In this document: positions 57,201-64,000 of the stretch, in pieces
Numbering within the stretch: the stretch's first letter is position 1
Layout of the letters: every line of letters begins with the position of its first letter
NCBI GenBank assembly: GCA_965263035.1
Contig: OZ253580.1
Location: forward strand, 5,888,001-5,952,000
Length of the DNA: 64,000 nt
Direction: 5' to 3'
Source: Acidobacteriota bacterium
Lineage (GTDB): Bacteria > Acidobacteriota > UBA6911 > RPQK01 > JAJDTT01
The notes under the pieces: generated by a model
The model's database searches: none
Told to the model about the DNA's origin: nothing
Seen by the model: the letters and a program-made list of their open reading frames with translations, nothing else
Translations under genes and position numbers: made by a program

Positions 57201-57378
57201 CCTGATCGATCAGGTACAGGACCGGCCGGCCGGGGTTCCACTTGAAGACGCGGCCTCCCGGGAGAACGTCTCGGGGACCGCCGCCGAAGAGGGACGATCC
57301 CAGCGTGAGAACCAGTCCAGTGACCAGGACGGCGCCGAAAGCTGGAGCCGGACGGGCGTCGACGTCCCGAGCCGTCAT
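54268..57378 (-). CDS. Large exported metzincin (M10/matrixin-like) multidomain protein
   Basis: Signal region, HEIGHLLGLDH plus PVMYP Met-turn, carboxypeptidase-regulatory-like domain, repeated beta-rich C-terminal modules. Confidence 0.82.
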   Translation of the reverse strand: MTARDVDARPAPAFGAVLVTGLVLTLGSSLFGGGPRDVLPGGRVFKWNPGRPVLYLIDQEFSETRWAHLGRRVHEAFQVWEDVGTSSLRVRNPEPRYLDQNVDGSNFSEYVGRPRRENLIIFDQDGEITDSILGEGAGDNVLGFATIRFVDEEALEYSFGYTVIGNSSASRPDNFYRVTMHEIGHLLGLDHTQAGREWFESDELGDVAFVPVMYPVGSFFGPDEPLRDDAIWISWLYPEESFAAETGTIRGRVLRRTGAPVLGANVVAAAVQRDSDGNLMEIPGEQVGVVSDFLITDDGAYQLPGLPSGSYVVFIEPLDPDFTEGSSVGPHEIRFTGFPKDYYNGAGESGSSEDDPSEKLVVEVGAGEVVSGIDLQTNEEVNQLSLLEDDGEMIFEFPEGFSFPFFGTTYTQVVVNSDGNLTFGIGDSQAGVSRSRRRFLSGPPRIALFFSDLDPEAGGEVRAEAGAGSLTFIWDGVPEFTLAGTRPENDFAVTLFSNGDILLDYGEVDVTPDPEDIQAIVGITPGSGASARPVDFSEDPVAYEFGPSGLYQVFSEYDFDLSGRQVLFTAPGRELLFPFYRGDLNDFSGFAVTNDSKTDAVMAVEVFSDQGDPLFPLSPSVHRVGAGQQLARLGREFFEARLNARREGWMRIRSSTPELAGFFLYSNGLSGPPTKMDGAVAFSSGSRLLYFTRIFEGPGTFPSGSSDQTARTTLALANPTDQPTEVRLTLYGSDGTPLGGPEDFSIAGRSRLVGSITDLFGPLGAVSHGHVQVEVTEGPGVAGFELIELGDTVLGLNASETGQAQELYSAQLASGEGTGDAGGYFTSIKLINSGDEAAEVQLAAYLSDGNRLGRSYQLRLAPQESFQGIASEIFGLESQPESILVGSVGVDSTRPGLIGDVIFGDPDGGEYAAALTLQTDPLRRAVFSHVANGEREPGDPLPPIFTGIAVFNPGDVTTEVALKVFDSQGTLQGEAFRRPLQPKARFSELIQNLVPQSRGLLGGFVVLESTPGRVVAQQLFGNGRTFLSSVPPSSGN

Positions 57379-58067
57379 CTTGAGGTGGGCTCCTGCTTGG
57401 CCCAATAGCGGCCGATTCTCCGAACCACCGACTCGAACCGATCCAGGGAGATCGGCGCTCCGGGCCGCAATGCCGCCTGCTCCTCGGAGCTGAGAGTCGA
57501 ACCGCGAATCTGCAGGGAACTGGCGCGATGAAGGAGATTGGCGTTTCCCACCCGGTTCAGCACCGTCCGGCCCCCTCGGCCACCCTTTCCGACCCGGAAC
57601 ATGCCCTGAGCCAGACCCACGGGACTGGTGAGGCCCAGCCGGCTGTCAGGATAGAGAAACAGGAGGATTTCCTGGCCGCGGGAAAATTCCGGCAGGCCAC
57701 GGACGGCGCCGGTCGGGCCGCCGCTCAATTGCCGAAACCGGATGGACTCCGCAGCTTGGGTGCCCTTGATCCCGCGAAGGACCTCGAAAGTATAGGTCGT
57801 CACAGGAAGACCGGTGGAGGGTTCCCGTCCCGGCTCGGTCTGGAGACACCTGCCCCAGAAGATGCGGTCTGCGGCGCGGACCATTTCGAAAAGATTGATG
57901 CGATCGACGCTCGCGGCTCCAAGCCCGGAAAACCAAAGCAGGAGAATGGCGGTGATCCAGCAGACCGACAGAACCAGAGTTCGAGCCCGCCTGACGCCAA
58001 CCGACCCTCGAATCGGACCTGCCGCCACCATCTTGTCTCGGACGTTTCCATTTCCTATGCTGACCAT
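57375..58067 (-). CDS. Hypothetical exported protein coupled to the metzincin gene
   Basis: Signal/TM, ADRIF.G, YTFEV...KG, GLPEF..GQE.LLFL, PVGLAQG.F. ATGA overlap. Start uncertain. Confidence 0.7.
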   Translation of the reverse strand: MVSIGNGNVRDKMVAAGPIRGSVGVRRARTLVLSVCWITAILLLWFSGLGAASVDRINLFEMVRAADRIFWGRCLQTEPGREPSTGLPVTTYTFEVLRGIKGTQAAESIRFRQLSGGPTGAVRGLPEFSRGQEILLFLYPDSRLGLTSPVGLAQGMFRVGKGGRGGRTVLNRVGNANLLHRASSLQIRGSTLSSEEQAALRPGAPISLDRFESVVRRIGRYWAKQEPTSR

Positions 58068-58159
58068 GTCGCTTGTCCTGATTCCGTCCCGCTTCGCCCA
58101 ATGCCATACCTATAGATTCTATTACTGATGCATTCCGCAGGAGCCGGTTTCAAATTTCC

Positions 58160-59416
58160 ATGACCGAACCTACCCTGGAAGAGACGGCTCAGAGGATCTT
58201 TGGAACCGAAGACCCGTCCGCAGTCGCCCATTGGATCGAGTACTGGAATCAGGGGCGCGAGCGCAACTACGAGCTGCTCACGGCCTTCGAGGAGGTGTTC
58301 CTTCTGGACCTTGGCAAGCGGCGGGTCCTGGATGCCGGCTGCGGCGTCGGCAGCATGGGGGAAGTCCTCCGGGAACGTTGCGGCCACTACCTCGGCGTGG
58401 ATGTGAATCACCATGTCCTCCGATTCTCGGCCCCGGCGGCCCGGAGATCGTACGTTCAAGCCAGCGGTCTGTCGCTCCCCTTCGTAGAGCGTTCATTCGA
58501 TTGCATCTTCGCGTTCGACGTCCTGGAGCATCTCCCGGGGGGACTCCCGGATCAGGTTCGTTTCCTGACCGAGCTGCGGCGGGTCCTCAGACCCATGGGG
58601 ACCATTCTCTTCACGACTCCCAACTTCTGGTATCCCTACGACGCCCATTCCCGCAGCTACTTCGCACACTATCTTCCGGTGCGGCTGGCCGACTGGATCC
58701 ATCGGCGCCGCCGTCCGGCTTTCCTGAAGGAGCACGGTTCGACTGCCAACATTCCACTCCTGACTCCCCGCCGTCTCCGGAAGGGTATCGACGCCAGCGG
58801 TCTCGGCCTCTTGCACGAGCTGCCCTGCTGCCTGGATCGCGACCAGCTGTCCCAGTTGTCACCGCTGAAATCCATCCCCGCGTATCTGGGCCTGGGATGG
58901 TACCCCCATGCCGAGTTCTGGGGCATCCTCTGCCGTCCCGACGCCCGCTCCGGACTGCGTCTGAAGCTCAAAACCCGGCTGGTTCAGTTGGACGGGGACT
59001 CGTCCCAGGTCGTGTGGCAGGACTTCGAATCCAGGATCGACTTCGCGCGGAAATCCTTTTCCCATCAGCTGGACCGGGGCTGGTACACCCACGAGCCAGG
59101 TCCCCCGGGTTATCGGTGGATCGGACGGGAAGCGGTCTGCTTTCTCCAGCTCGGAGGACCGGTCTCGCGGCTCCGGGTTCGAGGCTTCAGTCCTCAGGGG
59201 AATCGAATCCGGTTCTGGGTCGGCGAGAATTGCGTGGGCGAACATCCGATGCACCCGAAAAGCAGATTCGATCTCACTTTTTTCCTTCCTTTCACACCAC
59301 CTGAGGACAGAATGGTAAGGGTTCTTCTCAGCTGTGACCGGACCTATCGTCTGGAAGAATCAGACGACCGGAGGGACCTGGGAGCCGTCGTCTCGTCCAT
59401 AGAGCTGTTGCCATGA
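58160..59416 (+). CDS. Class I SAM-dependent methyltransferase with C-terminal beta-sandwich-like domain
   Basis: VLDAGCGVG, LPF...SFD, DVLEHL, RVLRP.G, TPN. C-terminal GWY..E...RW...D.RDLG. Confidence 0.82.
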   Translation: MTEPTLEETAQRIFGTEDPSAVAHWIEYWNQGRERNYELLTAFEEVFLLDLGKRRVLDAGCGVGSMGEVLRERCGHYLGVDVNHHVLRFSAPAARRSYVQASGLSLPFVERSFDCIFAFDVLEHLPGGLPDQVRFLTELRRVLRPMGTILFTTPNFWYPYDAHSRSYFAHYLPVRLADWIHRRRRPAFLKEHGSTANIPLLTPRRLRKGIDASGLGLLHELPCCLDRDQLSQLSPLKSIPAYLGLGWYPHAEFWGILCRPDARSGLRLKLKTRLVQLDGDSSQVVWQDFESRIDFARKSFSHQLDRGWYTHEPGPPGYRWIGREAVCFLQLGGPVSRLRVRGFSPQGNRIRFWVGENCVGEHPMHPKSRFDLTFFLPFTPPEDRMVRVLLSCDRTYRLEESDDRRDLGAVVSSIELLP

Positions 59417-61719
59417 TCGTCAAATTCCTCTTGTGGCTGGGCCTGTTGCCCGTGCAGTTGGGGTTGGGCCTGCTACTGATCCTCACGGATCTGGCGCGCC
59501 ATCTCGGGCTGAGATCGGCCAGGCGCTCGGGACAGACGGACTCGTCACCGGACTCCGGACTCTGCTCCATCGTCGTGCTCAACCACAACGGAAAGGCATT
59601 GCTGCAGGAGAGTCTTCCCGCTCTGGAACGAGCCGTGGCCTACACGGAGAAACCTCATGAGGTGATCCTGGTGGACAACGGAAGTTCGGATGGCAGTGTC
59701 TCCTGGGTGAGGAATGATCTGCCCCGAATCCGCATCCTGGAGCTGGACTCCAATTTGGGGTTCGGTGAAGGCAACAACCAAGGAGTTTCTCTGGCACGGC
59801 ACGAAATCGTGGTTCTCCTTAACAACGACATGGTGGTCGAGGAGAATTTCCTTCAGCCACTGCTGGAACCGTTTTCGGACCAGCAGGTGTTCGCCGTTTC
59901 CAGCCAGATCCACTTTCCCCCGGAAAAAAGGCGAGAGGAAACGGGGAACACGCAGGCCCGGATGCACCGAGGTTTTCTCCACTTGTCTCACGAGCCGGTG
60001 AGGAAGTCCCACCGGACCCGGAAAACCCTTCCGGTCTTCTGGGCGGGCGGCGGCTCCTCGGCTTTCCGCCGCTCCCGGTTTCTGGAACTGGGCGGATTCG
60101 CTCCCATCTTCTCTCCCGCCTATCTGGAAGACACGGATTTGAGCTATCGGGCCTGGCGGCGGGGCTGGACCGTCCTCTTGGCCGCCGAGAGCCGGGTCCT
60201 CCACCGCCACCGGAGCACCAGTTCCCGACTGTACTCACCCGGGTCCCTGGCGCGACTCCTGGGTGAGCGGAAACTGTGGTACCTGTGGAAGAACTTCCAG
60301 CTCCGGACCCTCCTGCCACACCTCCTGCTCTATCCCTGGCATCTGGGGAAGGAGTTGAGCCCGGGAGATTATCTCCGGGCTTTCAGGAGGATTCCGGACA
60401 TCCTGCGGCTCCGGTGGCGCGAACCGCGCCGCCGGCAATCGGACCGCGCCCTCATTGACCTTTGTCGAAGGCCCTTAACCTATGTGCATCGGCGGGTCGA
60501 ACGCTCCACCCGGTCCGCCACGCCTCCGGACTTTCTCAAGATACTGCTGGTCAGCGCCTATCTTCCCCTTCTGGGACGCCACGGAGGAGCCGGCCGCGTC
60601 TTCCAATTCCTCAGCCGCGTCTCGGCACGGCACCAGATTCATCTCCTCTCATTCGTGGAAAGCGATGACGAGACCGAGGGCATCGATCAGGTGCGCCCCT
60701 ATTGCACGAGGTTGGAGTTGGTTCCCCGGAGAGGTTTCGAGCCGGTCTCCCCCTATCCCTATGAACCCTTCGAGGAATTCAACTGCCCTGATTTCCGCCG
60801 CCGATTCGAAAAGGTTCTGGAAGAGGAGGAGTTCGACCTGGTTCACTACGAATGGCCCCAGATGGCCCAGTACGATGACCTGGTTCCGTTCTGGGTTCCC
60901 AAGATCCTCACGGAGATGGAAGTCAACTATGCCGCCCACTACAGCCGCGTGCGCCTGGCCTCCGATTTCTTCTCCAGACTCAAGAGACACTACGATACGT
61001 TGCAGACTCTTTTTCGGGAGGTGGGGCTGTGCCGGCGCATGGACCAAGTGGTCTGCGTCACTTCCGTCGACCGCACCTACCTGGAAGGATTCATGCCGGG
61101 AGCGAGACTGAAGGTCTTGCCCACGGGCGTCGATACCTCCTACTTCATTCCCGGCACGGGCAGGGTCGAGCCCAACAGCATTGTCTACGTCGGCGCCTTC
61201 CGCCATGAACCGAACGTGGACGCCATGCTGTTTTTCGTCAACCAGGTTCTGCCACTGCTGCAGGAGGAGATTCGGGAGACACACCTCTATATCGTGGGGT
61301 CCTCTCCCACACCGGAGATCCTGGCCATGGACGACCACCCGGCCATCACCGTCACCGGATTCGTGCCCGACCTGCGGGAGTACTATGCTCGCGCTCAGGT
61401 CGTGGTGGTTCCCGTTCGTACAGGCGTCGGGATACGAGGAAAGGTCCTCGAAGCGTGGGCCTGCGGGAAGGCGGTCGTGGGGACTCCACTCGCCTTCCAG
61501 GGAATTCGCGCCGTCCACGGGCAGAACGCCCTCGTTGCCGAGACCCCCCGGGAGTTTGCCATTTGGATCTCGGCTCTCATGAGGAACCCGGCGTTCACGG
61601 CTCATCTGGCGGAATCAGGCCGCCGCACCGTGACCGAACACTACGATTGGGAACCGCTGGCTGAACGTCTGGCAGACCTCTACGAGGAAACTGCGCAATT
61701 CAAGAAGAGTGGGAACTGA
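59413..61719 (+). CDS. GT2-GT4 fusion glycosyltransferase
   Basis: GT2: VDNGSSDGS, NLGFGEGNN, LLNND, YLEDTDL. GT4: PTGVD, PNVDA, GFVPDL, KVLEAWACG. Confidence 0.9.
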   Translation: MIVKFLLWLGLLPVQLGLGLLLILTDLARHLGLRSARRSGQTDSSPDSGLCSIVVLNHNGKALLQESLPALERAVAYTEKPHEVILVDNGSSDGSVSWVRNDLPRIRILELDSNLGFGEGNNQGVSLARHEIVVLLNNDMVVEENFLQPLLEPFSDQQVFAVSSQIHFPPEKRREETGNTQARMHRGFLHLSHEPVRKSHRTRKTLPVFWAGGGSSAFRRSRFLELGGFAPIFSPAYLEDTDLSYRAWRRGWTVLLAAESRVLHRHRSTSSRLYSPGSLARLLGERKLWYLWKNFQLRTLLPHLLLYPWHLGKELSPGDYLRAFRRIPDILRLRWREPRRRQSDRALIDLCRRPLTYVHRRVERSTRSATPPDFLKILLVSAYLPLLGRHGGAGRVFQFLSRVSARHQIHLLSFVESDDETEGIDQVRPYCTRLELVPRRGFEPVSPYPYEPFEEFNCPDFRRRFEKVLEEEEFDLVHYEWPQMAQYDDLVPFWVPKILTEMEVNYAAHYSRVRLASDFFSRLKRHYDTLQTLFREVGLCRRMDQVVCVTSVDRTYLEGFMPGARLKVLPTGVDTSYFIPGTGRVEPNSIVYVGAFRHEPNVDAMLFFVNQVLPLLQEEIRETHLYIVGSSPTPEILAMDDHPAITVTGFVPDLREYYARAQVVVVPVRTGVGIRGKVLEAWACGKAVVGTPLAFQGIRAVHGQNALVAETPREFAIWISALMRNPAFTAHLAESGRRTVTEHYDWEPLAERLADLYEETAQFKKSGN

Positions 61720-61732
61720 GAAGGAAGAAATC

Positions 61733-61767
61733 GGAAGCAGGCGGAGACCGTCTTCGCCGCTGCTTCC
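61733..61767. terminator. Hairpin between convergent genes
   Basis: GGAAGCAG...CTGCTTCC stem with inner pairing. No clear U-tract. Confidence 0.4.
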
Positions 61768-62159
61768 TAATTGAAGGGATCAGGAGAGGAATGGAAGTGA
61801 GTGAGTTTCCATTCTCCGTTCTCTCGCTGATAAATCTCGGTCCAACGCCCCGTCTCCCGCTGGAGCCGTCCCTTGGCCTGATACGCCATCAGATACTGGG
61901 AAGTGATCCATCCGACGTCCCCGCTGAACTCGATTTGTATGTTGTCGGTGAGCAGGGTAATGTCGTGGACTCGGCTGAAATACTGATGGAGCGTATTCTC
62001 GAATGTCTTGAAATCGGAGAAGCGGGGCGGCGGCACCTTTTCGAAAACGACTGCCTGTTCGGCATAGACGCCTCTTAAAGTCAACATATCCTTCTGTTGC
62101 CAGCCGCTGACATGCTGTCGATGCATGTTCAACAGAAGTTCTCTCGGGTTATTGCGCAT
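61767..62159 (-). CDS. NTF2/SnoaL-like (DUF4440-type) protein
   Basis: 130 aa ending GRWTEIY.RENGEWKLTHFHSS. Confidence 0.78.
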   Translation of the reverse strand: MRNNPRELLLNMHRQHVSGWQQKDMLTLRGVYAEQAVVFEKVPPPRFSDFKTFENTLHQYFSRVHDITLLTDNIQIEFSGDVGWITSQYLMAYQAKGRLQRETGRWTEIYQRENGEWKLTHFHSSPDPFN

Positions 62160-62242
62160 AAATTATCTGCAACAATACCATAATTGTCTGACTAGTGCCT
62201 AATAGGCCGTGGCCGGCGCGCCCACGGCCTATTTTATTCGGA

Positions 62243-63349
62243 TCATCTCATCGAGTCCGAGTCCCCCGCCAGCGCCTCCAATACTTTTTCGGCCATGACC
62301 CGCGTCCCGATAGAGTCCTTTCCGGCCGGCACCAGGTCAGCGGTCCGATGGCCCTGGCGCAACGACAGCTCCACTGCCGCGTCGATCTGACCGGCGATGT
62401 CCTCCCGTCCCAGGGAATAACGAAACATCAGCGCCACACTGGAGATGGCGGCGAGGGGATTCGCCCGTCCCCGTCCGGCAATGTCCGGCGCCGTACCATG
62501 AACCGGTTCGTAGAGCCCCTTCCGCACGCCTTCGTTCGGAGCGCCCAGACTGGCGGACGGCAACAGACCGATGGAACCGGCCAGCACGGCCGCCTCGTCA
62601 CTGAGAATGTCCCCGAACAAGTTGGTGGAAAGAAGCACGTCGAAGTGTCTGGGCCGCGATATCAACTGCATGGAACAGTTGTCCACCAACATGTGCTCCA
62701 ACGCCACGTCCGGAAACTCCTGTGCGACCTCTTCCACCACCGTACGCCAGAGCAGCGAACTCTCCATGACGTTGGATTTGTCCACACTCGTCAAGCGGCG
62801 ATTCCGTTCCCGGGCCAACTGGAAGGCGACCCGGGCAATCCGCTCGATCTCATAGTCGTAGTAGATCTCCATGTTGTAGGCGCATCTTCCGCTGGAACGC
62901 CGCTCCGCGCCCCGGGGCTCGCCGAAATAGATCCCGCCCGTCAGCTCTCGAACGATCATTATGTCGACGCCTTCGATCACGGATTCCTTCAGCGGCGACG
63001 TGCCCAACAGAGACGGATGAGTCTTGATGGGCCGAAGATTGGTGAACAGCCCCAACTCCTTGCGAAGCCGGAGCAGGGCTTGCTCCGGACGCATCCGGGC
63101 GGGACAGGCGTCAAACCGGGCGTCCCCCGCGGCGCCAACCAGGATGGCGTCCGCTTCCTTGCAGGCGGCGAGAACGAAATCGGGCAGGGGGTCGCCGTAG
63201 CGCTCGATGGCGACTCCTCCCGCGGGGAGGCTCCGAACCTCCAGTTGCAGTTCGTGGTTCCGTCCACACCACTTCAGCACCTCGACGGCCGCAGAGATCA
63301 CCTCTGGACCGATGCCGTCCCCCGGCAACGCAACGATCACGTGGGTCAT
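62243..63349 (-). CDS. leuB: 3-isopropylmalate dehydrogenase
   Basis: LPGDGIGPEV, LLRLRK.L.LF.NLRP, RELTGGIYFG, VDKSNV, NLFGDILSDEA..L.GSIGLLPSASLG, EPVHGTAPDIAG. Confidence 0.96.
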   Translation of the reverse strand: MTHVIVALPGDGIGPEVISAAVEVLKWCGRNHELQLEVRSLPAGGVAIERYGDPLPDFVLAACKEADAILVGAAGDARFDACPARMRPEQALLRLRKELGLFTNLRPIKTHPSLLGTSPLKESVIEGVDIMIVRELTGGIYFGEPRGAERRSSGRCAYNMEIYYDYEIERIARVAFQLARERNRRLTSVDKSNVMESSLLWRTVVEEVAQEFPDVALEHMLVDNCSMQLISRPRHFDVLLSTNLFGDILSDEAAVLAGSIGLLPSASLGAPNEGVRKGLYEPVHGTAPDIAGRGRANPLAAISSVALMFRYSLGREDIAGQIDAAVELSLRQGHRTADLVPAGKDSIGTRVMAEKVLEALAGDSDSMR

Positions 63350-63432
63350 GGCTCATCCTCTCCCGCTGGCTCCCTCGGAACGGAGGGAGACTACCATACA
63401 GCGTCCCAGGAGCCGGACTCCCTTCCGGCGGG

Positions 63433-63441
63433 TGCTATACT
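63433..63441 (+). promoter_or_regulatory. Extended -10 element upstream of the DtxR-family gene
   Basis: TGCTATACT in the divergent leuB/regulator gap. Confidence 0.45.
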
Positions 63442-63516
63442 GTGGCGTCTCCGGCCGGATTTCCTGCTCCGGCCGGCATCGATCGGCAAGAAAATCGGAG
63501 TTGGACAGACCAGGAT

Positions 63517-64000
63517 ATGGCGGCCAGTACGACAGCGGTGATCAGCCGCGCAATGGAAGATTACCTCAAGGCCATCTACCAGTTGGCCGCCGGAGACTCG
63601 CCGGTCACGACCTCCAGGGTTGCCGCCGCCATGTCGTGCAGGCCGGCCAGCGTGACCAACATGGTCCAGCGGCTTTCCGACCTCAAGCTGGTGGAATACC
63701 AGCGCTACAAGGGAGTCCGCCTGACCGCGGCCGGAATCCGGATCGCACTCGAGATCATCCGGCATCACCGGCTATTGGAACTGTACCTGTCCGAGGTTCT
63801 CGGCTACACCTGGGACAAGGTGCACGAGGAAGCGGAAGTCCTGGAACACGTCATCTCCGAGGAGTTCGAGGAAAAGATCGATCAGGCTCTCGGATACCCC
63901 CGAAAGGACCCCCACGGCGATCCCATTCCCACCAAGAAAGGTGAGATCGACGTGGAGCGGCTCGGAAAACTCTGGGATATGGTTGCGGGACAGGAAACGC
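63517..64000 (+). CDS. DtxR/MntR-family metal-dependent transcriptional regulator (runs off the window edge)
   Basis: Manual translation: MEDYLKAIYQL...PASVTNMVQRL...YKGVRLT..G...A..IIRHHRLLELYL...VHEEAEVLEH...DPHGDPIP. Absent from the ORF track because no stop codon lies in the window. Confidence 0.93.
   Translation, partial: MAASTTAVISRAMEDYLKAIYQLAAGDSPVTTSRVAAAMSCRPASVTNMVQRLSDLKLVEYQRYKGVRLTAAGIRIALEIIRHHRLLELYLSEVLGYTWDKVHEEAEVLEHVISEEFEEKIDQALGYPRKDPHGDPIPTKKGEIDVERLGKLWDMVAGQET

Overview
GC-rich bacterial chromosomal segment. Gene content and style suggest Acidobacteriota, but this is inference only. Housekeeping genes (tsaB, mutS, Sua5/TsaC, TrmH-type methylase, rarA, dacB, rnhA, hpt, leuB) are interleaved with accessory metabolism. 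Main points: (1) a tightly packed eight-gene corrinoid/folate methyl-transfer operon (7032-14554, minus strand) with an MtaA/CmuA-family methyltransferase, corrinoid protein, AcsE-like pterin-binding methyltransferase, RACo activator, MetV, MetF and three small or unknown proteins, behind a sigma70-like promoter and a structured leader; (2) a porin + CuA cupredoxin + di-heme protein operon preceded by a perfect SirR/DtxR-type palindrome, with a DtxR/MntR regulator gene at the window end; (3) a Tat-exported PaoABC-like molybdoenzyme cluster; (4) one complete IS630 element and two ~160 bp MITE-like families (3 and 4 copies), several inserted at gene 3' ends, where the original stop codons can be rebuilt by removing the element; (5) a bS22/mS38-like 30-aa basic peptide, a nuclease-fold gene coupled to hpt, and a large secreted metzincin. 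All product calls come from recognising motifs by eye; no database searches were run.
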